From a bacterium (GTDB lineage Bacteria; SM23-31): DNA of 64,000 nucleotides. The stretch lies in NCBI GenBank assembly GCA_965249485.1, contig OZ252239.1, forward strand, positions 416,001 through 480,000, read 5' to 3'. Both the position numbers and the translations under genes were made by a program. The first letter of the stretch is position 1; every line of letters starts with the position of its first letter. Below are positions 21,328 through 31,605 of this stretch, piece by piece. The notes beneath the pieces were generated by a model, which was not told the DNA's origin, ran no database searches, and saw only the letters and a program-made list of their open reading frames with translations.

Positions 21328-23004
21328 TCAGGATTTTCTGCTTGTCTCATTTTCAAGATAGTAAACATTAAAAAAATCATTACTATACTTTAAGGGCAAA
21401 TTCAGAGTATGATTTTTTTCAGAAACGATGTAAGAAAAATGAAATATTTCAGACAGATCTACAATTTCTTCAACAGTATAAGTCTTGTACAACTTTTCAA
21501 GTGCATTTCGGTATTGTGTCGGTGTAGTATAAATATTCAAAGGAGATCCTATCAGTTCCGCCCTCTCCATAATTTCTTCAGTGAGGTTTTGTTGATATAC
21601 CTGGAGTTGTGAATCACGATACTGGAACACAATTCCTCTCTGAGAAAATGATCTGAATCCACGTAAATAATATGGCGTAAGCAAAAGCTCATCTTCAGGA
21701 GTATTTTTTTGACACCACAACTGAACAGCTTTCCATGCAGCGATATGTTCAGGTTCCACTTTTATTGTCTGAAAAAAAAGATGATTCTTGATTTTAGGAC
21801 TACTTTGTTCTAAAGATTCAATTTTTGTTTTGATGAATTCGGGATACGACCTATATACAGGATGGAAAGTCCAAAAATTTAGAATAATAAAAAAGAGTAT
21901 ACTCGCTGCTCCAATACCGATCAATAGTCTTTGTCGAATATGCATTTGTCGAAATAATCCGGATGTACCAGCATATCCCAGAGTATGTTGATATAGCAAC
22001 GCGATACTACACATTACGGCAAACAAAAGAATAAATCTGCTTCCTCTGAAAAAAGACAGCACTATCATTGTCTTAAGGGGAACCAATTCAATAAAGATAT
22101 ACGAAATAAATAATAACCCTACTGCAATGCCACAAAACTGAATAACAGTTTTTTTATGGTAGAATTTCGTAAGATATTTCAGGCTTATTATGAAAAGTCC
22201 TACCCAAAACAAAAAAGGGATATATTGGAATAATCCAAATTGTGATGGGAATGAATGCATACCCTGATAATTCTTTATTGTACTAAACCATGTATCAAAA
22301 TCAGCAGTAAGGAGTGGTGAAGGATTTTGCAATATCATAATTCCTAATGGTAGTATTAATATACCAAACGTGAAACCAAGTTTAATTGTAAAATGTAAAG
22401 AAAACTTTTGACTATCTGATAAATACATTACGCCAACAAGAAGGAAAACAAACAACGCTATTGAAAGGTGAATATAAAGACTGAGTGCTATGACGATACA
22501 CGCTTGAAAATATTTTTTCTCCAACATGAAGCCAAACGCAAAAAATAAGATCCCTGTTATCAATGTATCGGGGAATACTGACCATCCAAATGGTGCAACA
22601 CTCCCGAGGGAATGTCTTAATACCCCTCCGTATGTGAAGAGTATTATTACAATCCATGTGTACAATTCCGGTAGGTCTGGGAATAGTTTTCTTGACAAGA
22701 ACCGCAACCCAAATACTTCAAAAACACATTGCAACAAAAAATAATAATAAACAATACTCATTGGTTGTAAAATTTGCAATAGATAACCGGCTCCTTTATA
22801 CCAAAGTGAATAACTGCCATAGTATGGAAATGTCCAACCCATTACATCATTGTGATACGGTACCGGATTGTTTACCCATGCCAAATAAGGGAGAATCTGA
22901 CTGGCTTGTGCCTGGATGAGATCAAGACCATATGCCATAATCAAAAAGTAAAAAATTGTGTAAATTAGAAATCTGATATTTTGTGCGTACAGAATTTTTG
23001 TCAT
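21328..23004 (-). CDS. Polytopic membrane protein (DUF6798-like C-terminus, possible GT-C-type transferase)
   Basis: About 11 hydrophobic segments plus a soluble C-terminal domain (FRSFSQRGIV). ATG 23004 overlaps the upstream TGA (ATGA). Confidence 0.65.
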   Translation of the reverse strand: MTKILYAQNIRFLIYTIFYFLIMAYGLDLIQAQASQILPYLAWVNNPVPYHNDVMGWTFPYYGSYSLWYKGAGYLLQILQPMSIVYYYFLLQCVFEVFGLRFLSRKLFPDLPELYTWIVIILFTYGGVLRHSLGSVAPFGWSVFPDTLITGILFFAFGFMLEKKYFQACIVIALSLYIHLSIALFVFLLVGVMYLSDSQKFSLHFTIKLGFTFGILILPLGIMILQNPSPLLTADFDTWFSTIKNYQGMHSFPSQFGLFQYIPFLFWVGLFIISLKYLTKFYHKKTVIQFCGIAVGLLFISYIFIELVPLKTMIVLSFFRGSRFILLFAVMCSIALLYQHTLGYAGTSGLFRQMHIRQRLLIGIGAASILFFIILNFWTFHPVYRSYPEFIKTKIESLEQSSPKIKNHLFFQTIKVEPEHIAAWKAVQLWCQKNTPEDELLLTPYYLRGFRSFSQRGIVFQYRDSQLQVYQQNLTEEIMERAELIGSPLNIYTTPTQYRNALEKLYKTYTVEEIVDLSEIFHFSYIVSEKNHTLNLPLKYSNDFFNVYYLENETSRKS

Positions 23005-23825
23005 TTTGATACCTGAAAATATATCATAGTACCGAACAATCTGCCCAAAATGTACTCGAGCCAATCAGGAATCAAATTACCACCAGGTATGAATGGAATT
23101 GGGAAAAAGTGGAGTTGAGAGGATTTTATCTTCAATCCCGAGGTCTTTATAAGATTTGTTATTTCTTTATAAGAGTAAATCTTCCCGAGCGTATTGTCAG
23201 GCCCATCATAACACCTGCCGAATTCTTCAAGGGTCATTGACATTTGAATCTTTTTGTCACCCAGAAATTTAACACCCAATAATTTTAAAGAAAACTTTGT
23301 TACTTTAAACATAATACCTCTTAAAAGAATATTTTGATAGTATACTGATACAAGCCCTTTTCCTCCCGGTTTCATTGTTCGATACATTTCAGCAAGACCG
23401 GAGTCGATTCCAGGAGTATGATGCAGGACTCCATCACAGAGTACAAAATCAAAATAATTACTTTTGAATGGTGCATATTCAACATCTCCAACACATATAT
23501 TACCTGCAAGTTTTAACTTGTCAAACCAATTATGTGCAAGTTTTGCACCCGTTAGTGTAATATCGCACGCCGACACATGTGCGCCATGTGTTGCAAGATT
23601 TTTAATATTCCAACCTGGCCCACACCCTAATTCAAGTACCCTTTTCTCCTTGTTGTAGGTGTATTCCTGTAATCTTCTGGAAAATTTAGATGCTACATTT
23701 TTTTTCGCATCAAGGTAGTCATAAAAATCATCAATATTTTTATCATACTCCTGCTCATAGCTACCTAATGGATGGGCACTCCAGAATTGACCAACATCTT
23801 CTTTTTTAAGAAAATGGTTTTTCAT
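23001..23825 (-). CDS. Class I SAM methyltransferase
   Basis: VLELGCGPG, GDVE, FDFV, GVLHHTP, KPGG. Confidence 0.9.
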   Translation of the reverse strand: MKNHFLKKEDVGQFWSAHPLGSYEQEYDKNIDDFYDYLDAKKNVASKFSRRLQEYTYNKEKRVLELGCGPGWNIKNLATHGAHVSACDITLTGAKLAHNWFDKLKLAGNICVGDVEYAPFKSNYFDFVLCDGVLHHTPGIDSGLAEMYRTMKPGGKGLVSVYYQNILLRGIMFKVTKFSLKLLGVKFLGDKKIQMSMTLEEFGRCYDGPDNTLGKIYSYKEITNLIKTSGLKIKSSQLHFFPIPFIPGGNLIPDWLEYILGRLFGTMIYFQVSK

Positions 23826-24171
23826 TTCAAATAATCCAGCATTTTATTATAATTATGTTTTAGATAGTTCAGTAAATATTACAAAAAAAATTACTAATGT
23901 CAAAAAATTAAGTGCTATTAAAATAAGCAATATTTAAACACTCTTCAAATTAAATACTTGCATTCCTAAAAGAATTGCGTAATTTTTGCAAAAAACATTC
24001 TATACAATACTCTCATGCAATTCCTATTGTATTAAATAATCTGATTCTTTACTAGATATTGCTATTTAAGAGTTAATTCTAATTAATACCAGGTTTTAGT
24101 ATCAAAAGCAGCTCATAACCATTTTATTCAATTATTCTCTTGGATTTACATATTTAATGAAGGAGGTACAT

Positions 24172-25296
24172 ATGTCTCCTACACTAAGCCGCCGTCAATT
24201 GCTACGAACAAGTGTCGCTGCTGCAGGTATGGCATTAGTCAGTCCGGTTCAGGCTGTGAGCAGGATGGAAAATTCTCCGATCCCTCATAAGGGTGAAGAT
24301 GGACTAATCTGGCTGGATCAGAACGAAAACCCTTACGGAATTTCCGAGGATGCCAGAAAGGTAATAATCGATTCTGTCGTCTACTCAAACCGATATCCGG
24401 ATGAAATCGGCAAAGAACTGGTCAATGCAATAGCTGATCGGGAAGGAATTACTCCTGAACACATCGTATTAGGAGCAGGGTCATCAGAAATTCTATGCAC
24501 TGCCGGATACCTTTACGGTGCTGAGGGAGGTGAAGTTGTTTGTGCAGATCCGGCATACCACGGTTTCATGAGTTATATTTCCAACGTAACTAATAAACTT
24601 GTACGGGTACCTCTCACCGATGCGTTTGAACATGACCTGGATGCTATGGCACGGCGTGTCACCAAAAGGACAAGTCTCGCGTATATCTGTAATCCCAATA
24701 ATCCCACCGGCACAATTGTCGATAGTGCAAAGCTCCGTTCATTTTGTGAAGATGTCTCGAAACGCACATTGATCATGATTGATGAAGCGTACAATGAGCT
24801 GGTAATCGACAAGAAATATGAATCGATGATTGATCTGGTTAAGAGTGGATCTGATATTATTTTATTGCGGACGTTTTCCAAGGTTTTCGGTCTTGCAGGT
24901 CTCAGGGTTGGGTACGGTATTGCTCATCCTGATATTATTGCGAACATCAAGCGGGTACAGGGAAACAATTATCCAATCAGCACGTTGAGTCTTCATGCAG
25001 CAGTGGCAAGTTACAAGGATACCGGTTTTATCGAGTTTACCCGTGTTAACAATGCGAAATCCAAATCGTATCTCTATGATGTTCTTGAACGGTTGGGATA
25101 TTTTTATATTCCATCACACACGAATTTTGTTTTATTTACGTCGGAACTTGATTCTCAGAAATTTGTTTCTGAGATAAGGAAACGGAATGTTGTGATACGG
25201 CCGTTTTATCATGAAGGTGAAAATTTGATACGTGTGAGTATGGGAACACTCCCCGAAATGGCAGCTCTTGCCGACGCACTGGAAGATATAACGTAA
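24172..25296 (+). CDS. Tat-exported HisC-family aminotransferase
   Basis: SRRQLL twin-arginine leader after AGGAGG; NENP, NRYPD, CNPNNPTG, DEAY, RTFSKVFGLAGLRVGY. Confidence 0.88.
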   Translation: MSPTLSRRQLLRTSVAAAGMALVSPVQAVSRMENSPIPHKGEDGLIWLDQNENPYGISEDARKVIIDSVVYSNRYPDEIGKELVNAIADREGITPEHIVLGAGSSEILCTAGYLYGAEGGEVVCADPAYHGFMSYISNVTNKLVRVPLTDAFEHDLDAMARRVTKRTSLAYICNPNNPTGTIVDSAKLRSFCEDVSKRTLIMIDEAYNELVIDKKYESMIDLVKSGSDIILLRTFSKVFGLAGLRVGYGIAHPDIIANIKRVQGNNYPISTLSLHAAVASYKDTGFIEFTRVNNAKSKSYLYDVLERLGYFYIPSHTNFVLFTSELDSQKFVSEIRKRNVVIRPFYHEGENLIRVSMGTLPEMAALADALEDIT

Positions 25297-25386
25297 CAGC
25301 AAGACGCGTATTAATAAATCGACGTTCCGTTATTACAATACAATTACTCAAAAACCACCCCAAATCATAGATTAAGGAGTATATGT

Positions 25387-25698
25387 ATGCGTGTTTTATT
25401 GAAAGTTGACATTCCAACAATCGAAGGGAATGAAGCTGCACGGTCCGGAACACTGACAAAAAAAATTCAATCTATCATAGAAGATCAAAAACCGGAAGCG
25501 GTTTACTTCACCGATTCGAATGGGTTACGATCCGGATACTTATTTCTTAACCTAAATGATTCATCAAAAATCCCTGCTATCGCAGAACCGTGGTTTCTCA
25601 CATTCAATGCAGAGGTTGAACTCAAGGTTGTTATGAATCCTGACGATCTCATGAAGGCCGAACCACACATCTCAGAAGCTGTGAAAAAATACGGCTGA
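25387..25698 (+). CDS. Conserved small hypothetical protein (DUF3303-like)
   Basis: AAGGAG RBS; KPEAVYF...IPAIAEPWF pattern; family name tentative. Confidence 0.7.
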   Translation: MRVLLKVDIPTIEGNEAARSGTLTKKIQSIIEDQKPEAVYFTDSNGLRSGYLFLNLNDSSKIPAIAEPWFLTFNAEVELKVVMNPDDLMKAEPHISEAVKKYG

Positions 25699-25727
25699 AA
25701 TGTATAATCAATTTAGCAGATGCTCGA

Positions 25728-26489
25728 TTATTGGTTGTTATATAACAATGTCAGGTTGTTTTTAAGGTCCTTCGGCAGTTTTTTTGTTGCGTAACGAAAT
25801 CCTCCAACAGTAAAGAGGGAAACGTTTACAGTGAGAAAATTCGAAATTTTCTCCTGATTAGCAAGACTCAACTCCCGCAGTACCCACCCTGCACCTGTCT
25901 GAGCAAACCGTTCGCGGCTTTGTATGAGCGCTTCACAGTTGTGCAGAACTAAATCAGTAAATCCGGGGAAGTTGGCCTCACCATGTTTGGCAAGGTTTAC
26001 AAACGCAACGACGGATGCCCGACGCTGCCACAGGTTTTCGGCTGATTTCCACTCTGAAATTTCCCGGGCAATCGGTTCGCCATACCGCTGAACAAGTGGC
26101 CCAAGCACCTTAACGCAGAACCAGTCGCTGATATTCCAGTCGAATATCAGATCATTATTGAAAAGGCTTCCAAACCGAGGAATAACTGCATGAGTGTTGA
26201 CCATCTCTTTTTTCAGGACGATTTCCTGTAGGAATAATATTCCTGCGAGTTTATCTTCCGCATACTTCCCTTCAAAGAGCTGGAGTGCAAGTTCCAGATG
26301 CTGATCATTTGTGAGATTTGATTCAATCTGCTCCTCTTTATACCATTGGTGGAGCACTGTACGTATATCACCCATCTTCACTCCGCGGAACGGAATAACC
26401 TGCTTCAGATACCGTTCCCACCACTCTTTGGTTTTTGTATCGGCTTTTGCATTAATTGCGCCGTACAGTTTTTCAATGTATTGGCTCAT
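25728..26489 (-). CDS. DNA alkylation repair protein (AlkD-like)
   Basis: FRGV, WNISDW, W...NLWQRR, FAQTGAGWVLRE; start moved to ATG 26489 to avoid overlap. Confidence 0.85.
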   Translation of the reverse strand: MSQYIEKLYGAINAKADTKTKEWWERYLKQVIPFRGVKMGDIRTVLHQWYKEEQIESNLTNDQHLELALQLFEGKYAEDKLAGILFLQEIVLKKEMVNTHAVIPRFGSLFNNDLIFDWNISDWFCVKVLGPLVQRYGEPIAREISEWKSAENLWQRRASVVAFVNLAKHGEANFPGFTDLVLHNCEALIQSRERFAQTGAGWVLRELSLANQEKISNFLTVNVSLFTVGGFRYATKKLPKDLKNNLTLLYNNQ

Positions 26490-26512
26490 CGCTTCAGATT
26501 TATTCGCTTTTC

Positions 26513-27316
26513 TTATTGAATGGGACGTTTGAAGGCTTCCTGAAATCCGTTTCGGGTAATATTCCGGTATGACGGAGCGTAATTTTCCTGCGTCTGTTCT
26601 GCTGTTTCGACTGTCAGATGGTTGCATCCGAGTCGTTGACATTCCCTGATTCGTGCACCGATAAGGAGCGATTGTGCTCCTCTCCCCCGGTAGTCCGCCA
26701 GCGTACTCGCAAAATCAAACCAACAATATCCATCCTGAATATACATTGCCGCTGTTGCGATTGGCGTTGTGCCGTCGTATGCCAGGTAGTGCTTCCAGTT
26801 GGAACGACCTACACAAGCGGCAACCCACGGGATCATGATTTCAGGTCATTCAAAGCTATTGACAAGAATTTTCCCAAACTGCATCGCTTCGGTTTCGGTT
26901 ATTTCCTTAACCGTCAAATCACTTTGTGCCTCCGGAACCGGTTCCACCGGACGGTAGAGCTTCACCCAGTTGTTGAAGTACTTAAAGTTGTGCACTTGCA
27001 ACCAATCAGAAATCAGAGCAGGTTTACTCTGAGGATACACTTGTACAAAAAACCGGGGAATACCACTTTTGTGATACATTTCGACTATTTTTACGACCTG
27101 CTCTTCTGATGCTGGCTCAAAAGTTCCGAGTCCTATTACACGGTTCATTGCAAGGATGTCAAGTTTTGAAGTGGCGTAAGCACACAACCGGCCAACTATT
27201 TCTGTCCGTAAACCGCACTGTTCGGCAACTTCGGGCGAAGCCGCCCGGTAAAAATCAGACCATGCTTCGATCTCGATGTGTTCCAGATTGCGGTTTATTT
27301 CTTCCGATTGCTTCAT
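26513..27316 (-). pseudogene. GNAT acetyltransferase with in-frame TGA at 26846-26848
   Basis: Two ORFs in one frame (NSFE*PEIMIPW); YRGRGAQS acetyl-CoA motif; NRVIGLG. Confidence 0.8.
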
Positions 27317-27361
27317 AGTTCGATCACAATAAAAAAATCTGTAGGATGTTATGGTATACTA

Positions 27362-28120
27362 TTAATTTTGATTTTTTATCACCATATACTTTCCAAGAAA
27401 TGAAGTCATCAGCGGGTCTAATTCCTTTATCTCATCCGGTGTGATCGGGTAGTACTCGGTCTCATACCGTTCTGACTGCCGAAGCTCTGTATACACTTCA
27501 TATGCCAGACCGAGATGCTTGCCTATTCCTGTAAAATAGGGAGCGTCCATATGGGGATGGGCTTCATCGAATTCTGAATATGCTTCCTGATCGTAAACCG
27601 GACCGCTGATTTCTTCATTATGTTCTATAGCGGCCATAAATGCCTGGACCAATTCCTCCTTGACCGCACTGTAGGATTCATCCAACTCGAGCGGATAGTA
27701 GACAAATAACTGCATGAGTTTCTGTGCGGTTGTACTGCTCGGGACCTGCGCCGTTTCATCCATCCCATCCATGTTTGTGTAGATCAGTTCGAGAGGTAGG
27801 TTGTTGAAAAGATAATTCGACAAGAGCTGATTTTTGTCCAACTCTGCTTCATTATCGATTACATAGATCGATATTCCATGCTGCTCGAGTCCCTCCCTGA
27901 CGATGGAGCTTACGGAAGTCAGGATGGTATCGACTGATTGTTTTGTTCGCTCGGTCGAGGCTGTCTCTTTACCTATTACCGGAATCTGCCCGGACATGAG
28001 CTGGGCAGAGAAAAACTTGTCGGCATTAAAAATACTCAAATATTGCTGACATGATATAAGAATAAAAACAGATACAATCAGGCAGCACATAGCAAATCGG
28101 GTAAATATACATGTCTTCAT
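27362..28120 (-). CDS. Hypothetical lipoprotein
   Basis: 252-aa ORF with hydrophobic leader and LISC lipobox. Confidence 0.7.
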   Translation of the reverse strand: MKTCIFTRFAMCCLIVSVFILISCQQYLSIFNADKFFSAQLMSGQIPVIGKETASTERTKQSVDTILTSVSSIVREGLEQHGISIYVIDNEAELDKNQLLSNYLFNNLPLELIYTNMDGMDETAQVPSSTTAQKLMQLFVYYPLELDESYSAVKEELVQAFMAAIEHNEEISGPVYDQEAYSEFDEAHPHMDAPYFTGIGKHLGLAYEVYTELRQSERYETEYYPITPDEIKELDPLMTSFLGKYMVIKNQN

Positions 28121-28253
28121 TATAATAGTCCCTTAGAATTGAACACGGAGATACCGCAATTGCGTGAATATATTGATTATAGTATTGAAAAAGTATTAAT
28201 TTTTTTATGTCATTTAATATAAGTATAAGTAACCGGTTACCATATTCAATGCT

Positions 28254-28520
28254 GTGCTTGATAAGATCGACCGGAAAATATTAAACATTCTGCAACACAA
28301 CGGCAAGACTTCAAACACATTATCTCGGTAGGTCAAATTCTGAACGGAAAGAACGCGTTTACAAACTGCTTAAGCAAATGAATATGATGGAGCGCAAGAA
28401 TCAATTTCCAGCGTGACGGTTCCAATATTCTCATCAACATTGAGGAAATCCAGTTTAATGACAAATCGATCAACACAGGTCGGTTGTAAGCATTGCTTAC
28501 AATCACCAGCCATTATGAAA
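28254..28520 (+). pseudogene. Degraded Lrp/AsnC-family regulator
   Basis: GTG 28254 gives VLDKIDRKILNILQHNGKTSN before a TAG. Later fragments KERVYKL and IEEIQ...TG..ALLTI resemble the rest of the family. The 3' end is approximate. Confidence 0.6.
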
Positions 28521-28550
28521 GCCTTTCCGTGTTTAAGGGAAGGCTTTTTT
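28517..28550 (+). terminator. Intrinsic terminator
   Basis: AAGCCTTTCC/GGGAAGGCTT stem plus T run. Confidence 0.7.
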
Positions 28551-28673
28551 CATTAAACATGGCATTACACACTAAATATGATAGAAAAAGCGCATGATAA
28601 ATAACTTGAACTTGGAAATTGCTTTTTATAATTTTTAAACAGATGAAATTCCACTTTACCGTATGAGGAAATC

Positions 28674-30081
28674 ATGATAAAAAGACTCCGGTTATCGACA
28701 TTTCTAATTGTGTTAAGCCGTTTTATGTGTAGTATGTGTTTTGGGCAGGAAAAGGCTCAGGACAGGAGAAAGTGGATCGATCCTGCTGCACCTGTTACGA
28801 ATGATCCGAGGCGGATACCGATTACCGATACACCGCAGGGTCCTGAAGGGACGATTGTTCTGACAAACGGGCGGATTTTTGACGGAACCGGCGCTTCGGT
28901 ACGCAATGGTACGCTTGTTATTGAGCGAAACAGAATTAAAGCTATCCTTTCCTCCCGGTTCAAATGAGTGGCCGGATAATGCGCGGGTAATCGATGTCGA
29001 CGGAAAGACAATCATGCCAGGACTCATCGATCTTCATGTTCATATTACTGAAGGGAATGCTCCTGATCCGAGTATGCCGGGCTATGTTCCGGGTGAAGAT
29101 GAAGTATCTGTAACGACCGAAGCAGATCACACACTCGTTGCTGTTGAGCGGGTCCGCTACTATATCGAGAGCGGAATTACAAGCATCCGAGACCTTTCGT
29201 CGCACGGTATGATCCCATTTAGAATAAAAGAGTGGGTCAGGAGAAATCGAATTCCCGGACCGCGAATATTCGCGGCGGGGCATTTCATAACCGCAACGGG
29301 CGGACACGGCGCTGAAGGCACACAGGACTACAAATCCGATTTTGCAAGTGTTCGGACAGCAGACGGACCCGACGAGTGGCGTTATGCAGTGCGTGAACAG
29401 TTCAATAAGGGTGCCGATGTAATCAAAATCGGCAGCCATTTCAGCCGTGAAGAAATCAAGGCTGCGGTTGATGAGGCACATGCATTCGGTCTGAAAGTCA
29501 CGGTCGATGCAGAGACGTTTTATATTGAGTGGGCGGTTGAAGCCGGTGCCGATATTATAGAGCATCCGCTACCGCGAACAGATGAAGTCATCAGGCTTAT
29601 GGCGGAAAAAGGGACTCAATCCGATCCGACGCTTATTCCGTATCTCTACATTTTCGACATCAAGGGAGGTTACAACAGTTCTACCTCCCGCCGGTTTACC
29701 TTTTCACCCGAATCAATCCGGGAGATTCTGATAAAAATGAAAGATGCCGGAATTACGATGGGTATCGGTACCGACCTATGGTTCGGTATGCACCGTTATC
29801 AGCCGGAGCCGCACATCCTCGAACTGAAGGAATTTGTCCGTGCCGGTTTTTCAAATGAAGAAGCTCTCCGCGCAGCGACCTTGAACAGTGCTGAAATTCT
29901 CGACATGGATGACCGGCTCGGGACACTTGAGCCTGGAAAACTTGCCGATGTGATTGTCATTGACGGCCAACCGGATAAAAAACTCGATGACCTTGCGAAT
30001 GTGGATATTGTCATCCGGGACGGATATGTTGTGGTCGAGCAGGGCAATGTGGTTATTGCACGCCATTCACCACCTGAGTGA
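28674..30081 (+). pseudogene. Secreted metal-dependent amidohydrolase, +1 frameshift at 28948-28950
   Basis: Signal peptide; PGLIDLHVH, GITSIRD, GADVIK, IEH, GTD, GKLAD. About 468 aa after removing one T; probably a sequencing error. Confidence 0.85.
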
Positions 30082-30349
30082 TATAGACCGTATTTTGATT
30101 CAATTTCTGGCGCAGATAACATATTACGAGGTGAATATCAGCCTTGCATTATTTCTTCACGAGATGTGAGTGTCAAATCATCGATACCGTATTATTGGTT
30201 AGATGTATGAAATTGATAATATAAATTTGTTTCAGAGTAAAATATTATTATATTTTCGGTTGACTGTGATGCATTAATGCATTGCTGGAATCGACAAATC
30301 ATCATTTCTATTTATTCTTCACAAATCCCTAACACACCATATAATTGCT

Positions 30350-31510
30350 ATGAAATCAGGCAGACATTTTCTTCAGATTCCGGGGCCATCCAATATTCCC
30401 GACCGCATTTTACGAGCGATCGACCAACCGATTATCGATCATCGTGGTCCCGAGTTTTCCAAAATGACAAAACGAATTCTTCAACAGTTCGGGACACTTT
30501 TCCAATGTTCGGGCCCGGTGGTTATCTACCCTTCTTCTGCATCGGGTGCATGGGAAGCCGCACTGGTGAATATTCTCTCACCGGGTGACCGGGTGCTCAT
30601 GTATGAGACAGGGCATTTTGCATCGCAGTGGCAGAATATCGCCTTGAAACTTGGGCTTGAGGTCGATTTTATTCCCGGTGACTGGCGGCGGGGTGTTGAA
30701 GCTGAGAAGATTGAGCACAAATTGTCAGAAGATTCACAGCACGTCGTTAAGGCTGTCGTTGTTGTCCATAATGAAACATCGACCGGAGCAGTCAGTAACA
30801 TTGCAGCGATCCGGAACGCAATAGACCGGGCAGGGCACCCTGCACTTTTTCTGGTTGACGCAGTTTCATCTCTCGGATCGATGGAATTCCGGCATGATGA
30901 CTGGGGTGTCGATGTAACGGTATGCGGATCACAGAAAGGGTTGATGATGCCACCGGGTCTCGGGTTTAATGCACTCAGTGAAAAAGCGCATGTCGCTGCG
31001 CAGAACGGTGGATATCAGCAGTCATACTGGACATGGGATCCTATTGTTACCATGAATGAAAAGGGATTTTTTCCCTATACGCCGGCAACAAATCTTCTTT
31101 TCGGTCTGGAAGAATCACTGACTATGCTCTTCGAAGAGGGTATGGAAAATGTCATTGGACGACACGAAAGACATGCAGCTGCGACAAGACAAGCCGTAGA
31201 AACATGGGGCCTTGATCTCCAATGTGTTAATCAGGATGAGCATTCCAGTACTTTGACGGCTGTCTGCATGCCGGATGGGTACGATGCCGATGAATTGCGC
31301 AAAATCATACTTGATAGATTTGACATGTCTCTCGGAACGGGTTTGGGTAAAGTCAAAGGGAAGGTATTCAGAATCGGCCATCTCGGTGATTTTAATGACC
31401 TCATGTTAGCAGGAACGTTGTGCGGTGTCGAAATGGGACTGAAAATTGCAGGCATTCCCCACGAATCCGGAGGCGTGAATGCTGCCTTAGAATTACTTGC
31501 GCAACAGTAA
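30350..31510 (+). CDS. Class V aminotransferase, serine-glyoxylate/alanine-glyoxylate type
   Basis: PGPSN, VHNETSTG, VDAVSS, GSQKGLMMPPG, PYTP, FRIGHLG. Confidence 0.9.
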   Translation: MKSGRHFLQIPGPSNIPDRILRAIDQPIIDHRGPEFSKMTKRILQQFGTLFQCSGPVVIYPSSASGAWEAALVNILSPGDRVLMYETGHFASQWQNIALKLGLEVDFIPGDWRRGVEAEKIEHKLSEDSQHVVKAVVVVHNETSTGAVSNIAAIRNAIDRAGHPALFLVDAVSSLGSMEFRHDDWGVDVTVCGSQKGLMMPPGLGFNALSEKAHVAAQNGGYQQSYWTWDPIVTMNEKGFFPYTPATNLLFGLEESLTMLFEEGMENVIGRHERHAAATRQAVETWGLDLQCVNQDEHSSTLTAVCMPDGYDADELRKIILDRFDMSLGTGLGKVKGKVFRIGHLGDFNDLMLAGTLCGVEMGLKIAGIPHESGGVNAALELLAQQ

Positions 31511-31605
31511 TCACACAATATTTTTAACACCCAATTATTCAAATCAAGCCAAAAAAGCAGCATGCTCTACTATTTTGCACTGCTGCAGTATTAATAGAGG
31601 AACTT

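Noticed and set aside
26490..26642. Long N-terminal extension of the AlkD-like ORF
   Set aside because: It overlaps the GNAT 3' end in another frame; ATG 26489 is the more plausible start.
10727..26848. Genome-wide stop-codon reassignment, pyrrolysine or selenocysteine
   Set aside because: TAG and TGA both terminate well-defined genes here, there is only one internal case of each, no pyl/sel genes are seen, and the TGA context suggests Trp rather than Cys.
28330..28550. Riboswitch upstream of the amidohydrolase
   Set aside because: No known aptamer consensus recognised; the terminator is explained by the dead Lrp gene.
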